Source: Trichosphaerium sp. ATCC 40318 | Taxonomy: Eukaryota; Protista; Tubulinea | Assembly: GCA_038496445.1 (NCBI GenBank) | Contig: JALMLS010000004.1 | Coordinates: 1-55,260 of the forward strand | Length of the DNA: 55,260 nt | Reading direction: 5' to 3' | Shown: piece by piece, positions 26,431 to 36,916 of the stretch | Layout: every line of letters starts with the position of its first letter | Numbering within the stretch: position 1 is the first letter of the stretch | Notes under the pieces: model-generated | What the model saw: only the letters and a program-made list of their open reading frames with translations | Told to the model about the DNA's origin: nothing | Database searches by the model: none | Translations under genes and position numbers: made by a program

Positions 26431-29400
26431 TTAAAGGAGTAAATCCTTATTTCCGTATTCATATTGGTTAATGTACTGCCCAAGGGCCCAAACAGAAAAT
26501 GCGTTCTTGTAGCCTGAGTATGAAATACCACAATCTAGAATACAAGTTAACTTCACGAAGCCTCATTAAAAAAGAGACACTTTGATTGAATGCTCTCCTT
26601 TCTGAAACGTACTGTAATTGAAAACACCAATAATGCCTTGTTGTTGATAATCTCCATTAGCCAATTGCCTTGCACAAAGCCATCGAATACCACGCTCAAC
26701 AGCATCTTTATGTTCAGGGAAAGACGCTGTCATTAGAGCAAGAACAGCCCAGCTTGTGCTTACAACATGACCTTCTTTGTAGCCAACATACACGCGATCT
26801 GCGCACGACTAAAAAAGCAATGTAAGTATGTAATGCAAAGATAAACACGTCACTTACCTTAAAATCTTCGCCCCAAGAACCGTCTTTTGCTTGCTTGCTC
26901 AAGATGAAATCTAAGGCTTTTCTTACTTCTTTGGAATCTCTTTGGCCCGCAGTACATAATGCGCCTACGCCAAACCATGCTGCATACATAAAGCAGACAC
27001 CTAATATGATACACGTTAGACGGAAGTACATTTATTGGTTGTTCACTGAATGACTTTAAAATCGCGTATACGCACCCCAGCATCCATGCCAAGAGCCATC
27101 AGGTCTTTGATTCGCTTTCAAAAATTTAGCAGCACGTGAGACTGCACGACTAAGACAAATGTCAGGAACCTAGTTCATTCAAAAATAGAAAAACCGTACT
27201 CAATCTCAGCTGTTCTGTGGGTTGGGTATCGCTCTTTAAAGTGACACAAAGTCTTAATACAAGCTCCAGAGCACTCTGTGTATGAGTAATCAATCATAAT
27301 ACCATCTACATTGAGATTAATTCAAGCAAACTTTCCAAAAACTGACAAACATACCGAAACAATCAGCTGGGTTGAGCCACTCCAAGAAACTGTAAGAACG
27401 CGCTGGTTCGTATGAAGGGAACCCTCCGTCAGAATTTTGGTAACTTAATAGTACATTTACAGCCTATTCAAATTTTATAAGAGAAGCGTAAACTTTGTGG
27501 GTACGCACATCAAAGAATCTTTGATCAGAAATTGTGTTTTCACATTGTCCTGGGAAAAGCTCTTGTAAGAGCAACGAAGCTGCTAGACCTTCAGAAGTGC
27601 AATCTGAAATAGGCCATCCATGTTGCCTTGTAGAGAATGGCCAAGCTCCCTTCCTGGAAAGCATTAAAAAAATGAACAAATAAATACAAAAGAGGAGCTT
27701 TGCGTTGTCAAAACAAGGCGCTTGCATAACGACGTACGAGATATGTCTGAAATATTTTGCGCGTTCTGGGTTGTTACGTAATACTTGAGTTATTTCTAAA
27801 TAGTGATGACCCTTCTTGATGATTTCAGGGAAGTTTTCTCCAAGACCTGTTATTTATTAATAAAAAATGTAACACCAATACTGGTAACGTGCCACTGTGC
27901 GCAATTGCTTGCAGTGTGAATGCGGTATCCCAAAGTTGAGATCCATTATATCCTTGCATTTTCATACCATCACCAGAAATCCTAAATTAACTGTCAAAAA
28001 CCAAGCCAACTAGGAAAAATTGCATTTTAACGCACCACAAGTAGTCCTTAACACGTTTCTGATGTTCCTTGAACGCATCTGATTCTCCGTCACTCGCAAA
28101 ATACTCACAGAGCATATCCAACGCTACAGACTCAAGATTAGAACGAACAAGAAACGCAAAAAAACAATTAAAAAAACCGAGTTTACCTTTGTTGACAGGT
28201 CCAATGTCAATATAGTTTGTTTCTCTATCTTCATATCGTATGTGATCAATAGCTCTATCAAGGGAGTATGATCTAAACCACTGAAGAGGGCATTGCTCAT
28301 AGATAGACAAAACATTAAACGCAAATTTACGAACCCAGGCCATGCTTGAGAATGCGTCTTTGTACCTAGAAACAGTATCAACATGTTGTGCGCTTTGCTA
28401 AAAAAATATTTGTTCACTTACGCATCTTGTCCGTAAACTGTCCAGCGATATTTACTCCAAGCAATTTTTTCATAAGGTTCAACGTATAATTCTTCTCTTA
28501 GGGCTTTTACGATATCTGTTTGAGGTGCATGGAATCTGTTACCATAAATATAAGCCATTGGAAGGTATACTACCCTACAGTGACACCACCTTGTTTCCAA
28601 ATTAGTCGAATTCTCAAAAAATCAAAAAAAAAGACTGCACAAGTTGCTATGTCGTACCATCTGCCGGGATGAACTATGAGCCAGTATGGTAGACCCCATA
28701 GCTCAGGTGGAATTGGATTCAAAGCACCAAAATCCATGACATTGAGCGCAGAGAGCCAGAATTTACCCCAAGAAGGAATTGATACCACACCACCTGCGTA
28801 AAAAAGTTAACGTCAAAATGAAAAGCAAGCGTTGGATTTGTTTGCAGCTTTTTTAAAATGAGTAATTTACCTTTATCTTTGATCCATTTCCTAGCTACAA
28901 CAAGCCTTTCATCGTCTTTATCAAGGCCCAATAACCGCATAGCGACATAGTTCATTCCTGTACCGAACATAGTAGAAGGTGACTCTGTGTGCCTGTATTT
29001 TGTGTCAATAGTTCGTCAAGTTGTCACAATAACGTAAATTGTACAAAAATAATGCGTACAGTCCCCAACCGCCATCCTCTCGTTGGTAGTTTGTAAGATA
29101 ACGTATCATTTCGCGTTTAAATTCCGGTTCAAGGGTAGTGTTGGAAATGTAGCAAGATATGATGATACCAGGCATGAGAAATAAAGGACCTATGTACGGT
29201 TTTAGCATTTTTACGCGTAACAATTAGGAAAGAATTTTAAACTCTATTTAATGAGTTGTACCGCCATAATCGTTCGCCCAGTGGCCATCTTCAGTCTGTA
29301 TTTTGCCGAGGAAGTTGATAGCGTTAGAACAGTAATCGCTCACTGTTTTGGCCTTTGGAAGCGCTGGCGCTTCTTTGCTCTGTGTTTTAAATCAATTTTG

Positions 29401-29657
29401 TTGGTTTTACACTAACTTACAATGTCTAAGCCCAAAAAGTACTTCTCGTAGGTACTCTGGTCTTCAGGGGACTGGTTTTCGCGATATTCCCATACTTGGC
29501 GACCACGATCAATGTGAAGCTAGAAAAGCGCCGTATAAATACCAACGGGGCTATGTAGCGTGCGTACCTTCCACTTTGTTAAATCTGTCTTTTCAGCGCA
29601 GTTCTCATCTTTGTAATTGATGTTATCAGGTAAATAAGCTCGTGGTACGTTTGCCAT
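26431..29657 (-). CDS. CAS1: Oxidosqualene cyclase, cycloartenol-synthase type
   Basis: [53 protein letters not shown] repeats. Y, H and I sit at the positions equivalent to Arabidopsis CAS1 Y410/H477/I481. Confidence 0.92.
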
Positions 29658-29869
29658 GGTGCTGTGTAATGACTGTTATAGTGCACAAGTCGTTACGGGG
29701 TCAACAAACAGCCGAAAGCACAAAAAGTAAGAATAAAAAAGGAAAGAAGGTTAAGTGGCTTGTGTTAAGGCGGTAGCGCGCTACGGTTGTTCACAAGGGA
29801 CTCACATACGTATCTCCCTCTGCATAGAACCGCGTAGCATTAATAAAAATTAAATTAAATCCTTGCGCT

Positions 29870-31410
29870 ATGAATACGATGCAGTGTAATGTTAAAGAAA
29901 CTGTGGAGAAGCTAAATTCGTTTCATGATCGCTTCACCGCGTCAGGGGATCCTACAAACGAAGTTGTACGGCCTTTTACAACCTGATTGCCATAAATAAC
30001 AATTGCTGAGCTAAAAACATCATAGGCTTCGCTTGTTTACGATGTGGCGTATAGATACGACTTCATGAAATGGAGAAAGCCAGAAAACGCTTCAAAAAAA
30101 GAAGAATTTTGCACTCTAGGTGGCGTGGAGGTCCTTATTCGTTTTTGTAAAGTAGATGATGCTCGAATTAACGGTTTTGCCATGAGCGCGTTGTGGAACT
30201 ATGGCGAGGTAGCGTTGGTACTGGGTATTAGCACCCTAACATTATCGTAGAGCGAGAGCGAACGACGCTCTATTGTAAAAGCAGGGGCCTCAGAAGTAAT
30301 CGCAGCGTTCCTTACTTGCGATAATACAAATAAAGCGCGCTCTGCTTGTGGTTTACTTTGGAATCTCGTGGAGTTAGAGGATTTTAAGATTCAAGTATTC
30401 AAGAACGGCCTACACCGCCATACAATCAACCTGGTGCGCATTATCGTACACTAGAGATAATTTACAACGGATTTATAGTTAAAGGAAGAAAAACTCTCAA
30501 CCTTACCAGAGAACCGATTGAGCTTTCTAGGATCCATTTTGGTAGGTACATTACAACACTTAGCAACACATCCAGATTACCGTGTTGACATTATTGATAG
30601 AGGTACAGCATAAATACATTCTTGCGCTGATCGCTATGTAGGCGGGTTGGCTTGTCTTGTCGATGTCTTGAAAGTCACTAAGTGGACAACTGCTAAAGCC
30701 AACTACATTCAATACAGAGCGTGTAAGTCTGAGCTTCCATTCAAATGCTAATTTCAAATGTAGGTTTAGCAGTTGCAAACCTACTCACTTGTGATCACAC
30801 GCAATGTAAGAATCCTCAAGATGCAATAGACGCTCATGATGCTTTGGATGCATTCGTGCAGGTACGAGAAAGCGTCTTTGATTGCATTATTGATACAATT
30901 TGTAGCGCGTTGGAACAGATTTTAAACTGTTTGACAATATTCAAGAAGAAGATAAATCACATGTTTATGCGAATGTAAAAAGTTTTCTAAAGATTGCAAG
31001 TAGTCCCGTTCTTGCTATATCAAGAGCAGGTGCTATGGGCGCTGCTATTTTATCGACAATGGAGCGCCACAAAGCTCTTATAGTGAAAGATAACTATGTT
31101 CAGACAATACTCAATTTATCTGTGTCTTCAGATGTTTGTACACGCAAATTTAGTTATATAGCTCTACAATATATAACAATAGACATATTACAAAAGTTTG
31201 CTACGTCTTTACAATGGAAGTCTATTTTTATAGTTGCGAAGAACAAAAAAGATCAAAAAGGTACAGAAAAACCTCATAAAATAACACTTTTCTTACACCT
31301 CATTTACGGTAGCGTTGACCACTTTCGCAGTTTTAGAGAAATTACCTTTAGAAATAAGAGAAAAAGTAAAAATAATAAGTGACATGATCGAGGGCTCCTC
31401 ACCAAACTGA
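29870..31410 (+). CDS. Armadillo-repeat protein
   Basis: FCTLGGVEVLIRFC...AMSALWNY; IVKAGASEVIAAFL...SACGLLWNL; GT-AG introns. Confidence 0.7.
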
Positions 31411-31667
31411 TACCAACTGTGTTGTTAGCGAATAATTGGTTGTATGTACATAAATACGCTTGAAATGCACTCATTCGTTACGCTGATTTCATAAAAAGTC
31501 AACAATTTGAAAAACAAAAGTTTTAGTACAACTATAGTGTGAACGGCGTAGATTATCACTTCTACAGCAAGGAAATAAGATTGTATACCTGCAGGGTGAA
31601 TAATAAACGAAGTAGCACCAAAAGGGCTCTAAACAACAGTAATTTTTATATACAGCGCTGTTTTACT

Positions 31668-32391
31668 ATGTCTCGGTACCTTAGACCATCAAAAAAGCGC
31701 AGAGTGGTATGTAATTAATTAATTTGCCCAAACTCGCACTAAGAGCTCGGTTTCGCCCACAAAAATGAAAAGTAACGGTCGCAAGCGCCCACATTTTTTT
31801 TTTTTGCCATTTTCCTCCCTTCAAAAGGCGAAAAGTAACTAAATTCTGAAAGTCTGGGTTACGCTGTGTGGTGGAGCTGATCACCCACCACACGACTGCC
31901 CGATTGTCCCCTGCAGGTGCTGAGACGAGAGTTTAGATCTGCTCTCTAAATGGCCTTGTGCCTTCCTGAACGCCGCGCCTTTGATTACCTCTCAAATCCC
32001 CCGCTAATAGGGAAGCTTTGTTTTTGTACTTTCTATCGAGAAACAAAAAAAAAAAAGCTCTAACGTAACATAGGATGACGAATTTACTGATGGACTTTTT
32101 CAACGGCTAGAAGAAAATTACAACGATAGTGTTGGTGCTATTCAGAAAATGAAGAAGAAATTTTCTGCTATTCAACAAGCCAATGACACTCTCACACAAC
32201 AAAATGAACAATTACAAGCTGACAAGAATTCTCTACAAGATGAGAACACCGTTCTCTCAACACAAAACACTGAGCTAAATAATGAAGTAAGACGGTTGCA
32301 AGAAGAGCTTACACGTGCTCATACAATAATGAGAACATATGCAGATTCTCACAGTGCTATTGTCGATGAAGTTGCAAGACTACAGCAATAA
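31668..32391 (+). CDS. Small coiled-coil protein with an NLS-like N-terminus; one 367-nt intron (31707..32073)
   Basis: MSRYLRPSKKRRV|gtatgt...ctaac...tag|DDEFTDGLFQRLEENY splices in phase 0 into the heptad-rich ORF ending at 32391. Confidence 0.7.
31812..32015 (+). ncRNA. Candidate structured intronic RNA of unknown class
   Basis: GC-rich island with nested stems: 31821-31830/31976-31984, 31866-31874/31885-31893 (9 bp perfect) and 31927-31932/31941-31946. G-U pairs favour the + strand. Confidence 0.55.
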
Positions 32392-32780
32392 AAAGACAAT
32401 ACAGAACAGCAAATAAATTTTTTCACATTTCGATAAACATTTGCAATTCGAATCTCGGTATGTCGCCTTGTGATTATTGAGTGAGTGCTTTTTTGAGCAA
32501 TAGTTTCTTTGTAAGCTTGGGACAACAATGTGAAACAAAGGTCTAATTCAAATGATCCTTGCCTTTGAGGCGTAAACACGAATATAGTTTATAATACGCA
32601 AAATCTGACCTTTCTCTTTGTGCCAAGATCATCTATTTGATATGACTTCAGTACATATTTGAACGTTCATTTAAAGGCTTGGCTTGTATAGTGTCAACAA
32701 TTGAAGAGTAAGTGTACAATCGTGTTGACCTAACTTGAAGATGTATCGTGCCCACATTCCTTTTTTTAGCACAAGATCTA

Positions 32781-33775
32781 ATGAGGGTCGCAACGCTTGT
32801 TCTTCTATTCGCATTAACCGCTTGCGCTATTGCAAAGTACTCAAAAACAGTGTGTTTCGTAATCTAACAATAATAGACCAACACCTGTCTGGGCTACCAG
32901 TTGGACAGCAAGATGGTCGCAAGCACTCGTAAATACTCAGTTCGGAAGCCCTGTTAACCCTGGTCAGATCGCGGACGTTTGGTACGTTGATTTAACCTAT
33001 TTTAGTTCGTTTAGAAAGTTGTATTTTCGCTTTCCAACGCTTTAAAAACGTAGGTACGACGCTAGCGTCGCTAAACAGCGTAACGACGTTGTTTTCGATG
33101 ATGGCAGGCCGTTAATGAGAGCGATATTCTCCGGTAACGTTGTCTACGAGATTTATCCGCACAACGACACGTGTGTGTCGTTTCCGTTAGGGTGCGTAAC
33201 TTTTAACCTCCATAAAAATTCTCCGTTAATATTCTCCTCTAGTTTTGGTCCACCACGAACAAACTGGATGACAAACGGTACCTATGTAGCGTCTTCTTAC
33301 ATTCACCTTCAGAATGGGTAAGTATCTTCAAAAATAAACAATCACGTGCCCAAATAAAATGCTTTTTTTTCTGAAGAAAATAGTTAACGGTTTGTTCAGG
33401 TCATTCATATGGGCTGATCAGTGGACAAAGGAAGGGTAAATCTAGTTTTCTCTGGAACCTATACTGCGTTATGACTAATACAAGTGTAGGCCGGCAGGGT
33501 TCCATAACTTCAACTCTTTTTGGCGTGAAAATGAGATACTAAGGCTATGGGCACCTAGAGATCCGGTGACCTTCGTTGTCAACGAATGGCTTTCCTTTAG
33601 GTAAGTCTTGGTGAAAGTTATGAGACTTACCTACAATAGGAAACAAACGATTGAATCATCTGTATTCGATGTACCTAGTTATTGTAAAAAGCCCACAGGA
33701 GTAGTGACAATATCATCAGGCCCAAAAATTCTTCCAAAAAGCCTTGCGGATGCTGGCATTTTGATGCTGTACTAA
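32781..33775 (+). CDS. Secreted protein, probably ependymin-related (EPDR-like)
   Basis: Signal peptide MRVATLVLLFALTACAIA; PVWATSWTA...VWYDASVAKQRND...YEIYPHNDTC...SSVFDVPSYC. Confidence 0.6.
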
Positions 33776-33962
33776 ATAAACACAATGTTGTCACTCTTCT
33801 CGAAACAAGACCAAACCATCCTTATGAGAACATAGTAGGTAAAAACTGTGTAAATGAGCGTATACTATTTGCTTGGGGACAGAAATAAAACGTTGATTAG
33901 TTGGTAATTGGGTTTTTTTATGTATTTTACAATGTGCTATTTTACAAAAAATTGAGTGTAGC

Positions 33963-34983
33963 TCAAAGACTCTTCTTCACTTGTTTCTTGAACTCCTCAT
34001 TACTTAGAGCATTAGATATGAAAGGAAGTTTTATCAACTCGTCAATTGTTGGTGTATCCGTTAGGTTCAAGCAGCGATCGACAAATCGGACAAAGTCTTT
34101 GCTAACCCATTGTTTATCAGTAAATACTTGATAAGCCTTTGTTGTTATTCTTCCACTTTCTTCAAAAACGTTTGCATTGTTTTCCATAATAGGCAAGCTT
34201 TCATCGGAGTCCATGGCAAGTTGCATAGCCATCATTCCAATGGCATAGATGTCACTCGATTCGGTGTATCCAGAATCCTTAACGGTAGGTGGTACAAATC
34301 CATAGGTGCCATCAAATAGAGTATATCCTTCAATGTCAGAGATATAGCTTGCAATTCCAAAGTCAGTTAATTTAGGAACATATTCCTTCGTGATTAGAAT
34401 ATTTTCAGCCTTGATATCGCGGTGAATAATACCAGCACTGTGCAGTTTGGATACCGCATTAAGTGTGGCTTTGACAATAGTTGCAATAGCCTCTTCTTCC
34501 AAGTCTTCTAAGTGCTCAGCATCACAAAGTGCCCTTGGTGTTACCAGTGCGGCGTCACTGCCATTTTCGATAAAATCTACCGGTTCGAGAATGTTCTCAC
34601 AAGATACAACTCGAGACAACTCGAATTCAGTTTTCTAGACAATAAGAGTTAGAACCAACGAAAAACGAGGAGAAACAAGAAAACCAAAAAAGGAGAAATG
34701 AAAAAACGCTTCGAAAAGAGCTTGTTCTATTTAGTTGAGTGTGAGGACGTACCAGTACTCTAACCATGGTTCTGCAACGGGCTCTGCTCTTTCCAGTAGA
34801 ATCAACTACTTTAGCTGCAAGCTTAGCCCCGCTTGTCCTGTCGTGTGCTTTAAACACAGAACCACAAGCGCCTTCGCCAAGTTTAGACTTCTTGACTTTA
34901 ATACCTCGTTTAGGAGTCCTGCCAATGATGCGGTTGAAGAAAGATCGTGTGCATCGTGATACGGAAGAAAGTAGTTTAGACAT
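33963..34983 (-). CDS. Ser/Thr protein kinase, divergent STE-like; one intron
   Basis: LGEGACGSV, LAAK, IHRDIKAENIL, TDFG, SDIYAIG. Confidence 0.9.
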
Positions 34984-36221
34984 CGTTAGAAGGAGTAGTT
35001 AGGGCAGTCGTCGAGGAATTATGACTTATGAGCGTAAAACTCATTTTTTTTTACATTAAGTGGTAAATATACATCACCAACTTGACAAACCGTAATGCGT
35101 CTGGTTTCTCAGTAAAACACCTTTACGAGCGTTTCCGGAAGCATCGGTCAAAACATCAAAAAAGGAAAGTACGCCTGATAGTATCGACAGACTTTTTTGA
35201 TAAAAACACATGAATACAAATGCAAAACCTATTAAAACAACACGCAAACAACTTTAGAAGGATTTCCGGAATGAACGGTCAAAAAAGTCTAAAAAGGAAA
35301 GCTGTCCCCTTTTGTCTATTTACAGACAAAGAAATAAGCGTAATAAAAAACACGCACCTAACTGCAGGCGTCAATCACCCTAAAGGTGTTGGCGGTAGTT
35401 CATAGGTCTCGAGTCCTAAACGTAGTTTTTTAATTTTTTGCTGTTGTACAAAGAACTCAATACGAAACGGTATTTATCGCTAATCTCTTCTTCGAACGCT
35501 TTTGAGCGATTATGGATGGCCTTCCAGCGTTTGTCGCTCAACAACACTACTTGTAATTTATACATTCAGTTTTAAAGCAGTTGTTACAGTTTGCGCCCTT
35601 TTTGGTTCATTACGAAACGAAAAAACGTGATCAGACCGATTACGTCTTTTTTTAGCCGATATCGCTTTCTTACGCTATATTTTTTACACCAGAGGAATAT
35701 TAAAACGTAGGATTAGTGTTTAGACCCTTTCAGCGTTGTTTCGATTCAACAAACACGATCGTACCGTTAACGGCTTTCGTTGACCAAAACGCTGCGAGTT
35801 GGTTTTCCTTTGCAAATCGTAGTCTGTTAGTGCTATTATACCTTTTTAGCGTTGTTTCTACGCCAACAAAAAGCATCACAGTCTTTCTACTTGTATGCTT
35901 TTCTGGCCCAACTGACAACTCACACCATACTGCTAACAAGACTGGTATTAACAACAGTTTGCATTTCTTGCAATTGTAAAAAAAATAGAAAAAAAAAGTC
36001 TATGTCCATTTCAGACTTGAAACACATGCTGAGTTTTCAAAAAGTTGGCGCGTATTTCTTTAGATATTTTACTAACCCGCAAAACGAAAAAGAGCAATGA
36101 GTAGACCTATGAGATAATACACTTTTTACTTTTATACAGTTTTTAACTATTTTTACACTTTTCCTTGTTTTTGTTTTGGTTTGTTTGCCATTGCTGGCGT
36201 TTTGGCGTTCTAGTGTTGGGC

Positions 36222-36572
36222 TCAAAACATACCTTTGCGCTCAAATGCATCCACGAGTTGCAGTAAATAATCTGCACCAGCTTCCAGGCCATCGTTCGAG
36301 AGGATTTCGCGTACTTGTACCTCTGGATTGAAGGTAACCTTGCAGACAGTACTGTTATAGGCCTTTCTGTGCGGTTTGACTTCCATTTCATCTAGAAGTT
36401 GCAGAATGTAGTTCGCACCAGCTTCTAGGCCACCGTTGGAGAGGATCTCGAGAATTTGCACCTCTGGATCGACTGTGACTGTCTTCTCGGCGGCTGGTCG
36501 TTGTTGTTTGCCAAAAAAGAGTCGGTACGTGCGTTGGGAGAAGTTTGCGATCGATTTGATAAGAGTAGTCAT
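36222..36572 (-). CDS. Intronless hypothetical protein (116 aa) with an internal duplication
   Basis: DPEVQILEILSNGGLEAGANYILQLLD / NPEVQVREILSNDGLEAGADYLLQLVD, 141 nt apart. Confidence 0.65.
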   Translation of the reverse strand: MTTLIKSIANFSQRTYRLFFGKQQRPAAEKTVTVDPEVQILEILSNGGLEAGANYILQLLDEMEVKPHRKAYNSTVCKVTFNPEVQVREILSNDGLEAGADYLLQLVDAFERKGMF

Positions 36573-36916
36573 GATGGAGTAGTGGCGCGTAGAAGGTATT
36601 TAATTTATGAGCTTAAGGTGCGCCAAAAGGGTTAAGTGATTGATTGCATTGAATAAGTAATACTTGCAACTTAAATACATGAGATGAGCGTCCTCACTCA
36701 CCAAATGTCGTAAATTACCCTGCTCGAGCCAATGTCTAAGCCATACTTAGTCTTAAAGTGTAAAGAACCAAAAAAACAGACAACGAATTACACTACTAAC
36801 ATTCAATTTTATAAACATTTAACTTTTGTAACAAGCTTTTTCTCCTTTTTTTTTTTATCTTTTCCATTTTTTTTTGCCCTTGCATTTCGCAGGCAAAAAA
36901 AAAACCACGACCAAAT

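Noticed and set aside
20750-29657. Sterol gene cluster (ABCG + cycloartenol synthase)
   Set aside because: Unrelated genes lie between them and no other sterol enzymes are present; proximity is unremarkable in a compact genome.
31812-32015. TPP riboswitch, U1, RNase P/MRP, telomerase RNA or a zinc-knuckle exon
   Set aside because: Only fragments match (CTGAGA, CCTTTGA, AGGGAA, GAAAGTC, GATCAC). The TPP P5 hairpin, U1 5' end, P4 partner strand and CTAACCCTA template are missing. The CGGADHPPHDC reading cannot be spliced in frame.
35385-35430. tRNA-like or Pol III gene (taggtctcgagtccta followed by a T-run)
   Set aside because: Only a T-arm-like hairpin; no cloverleaf can be built.
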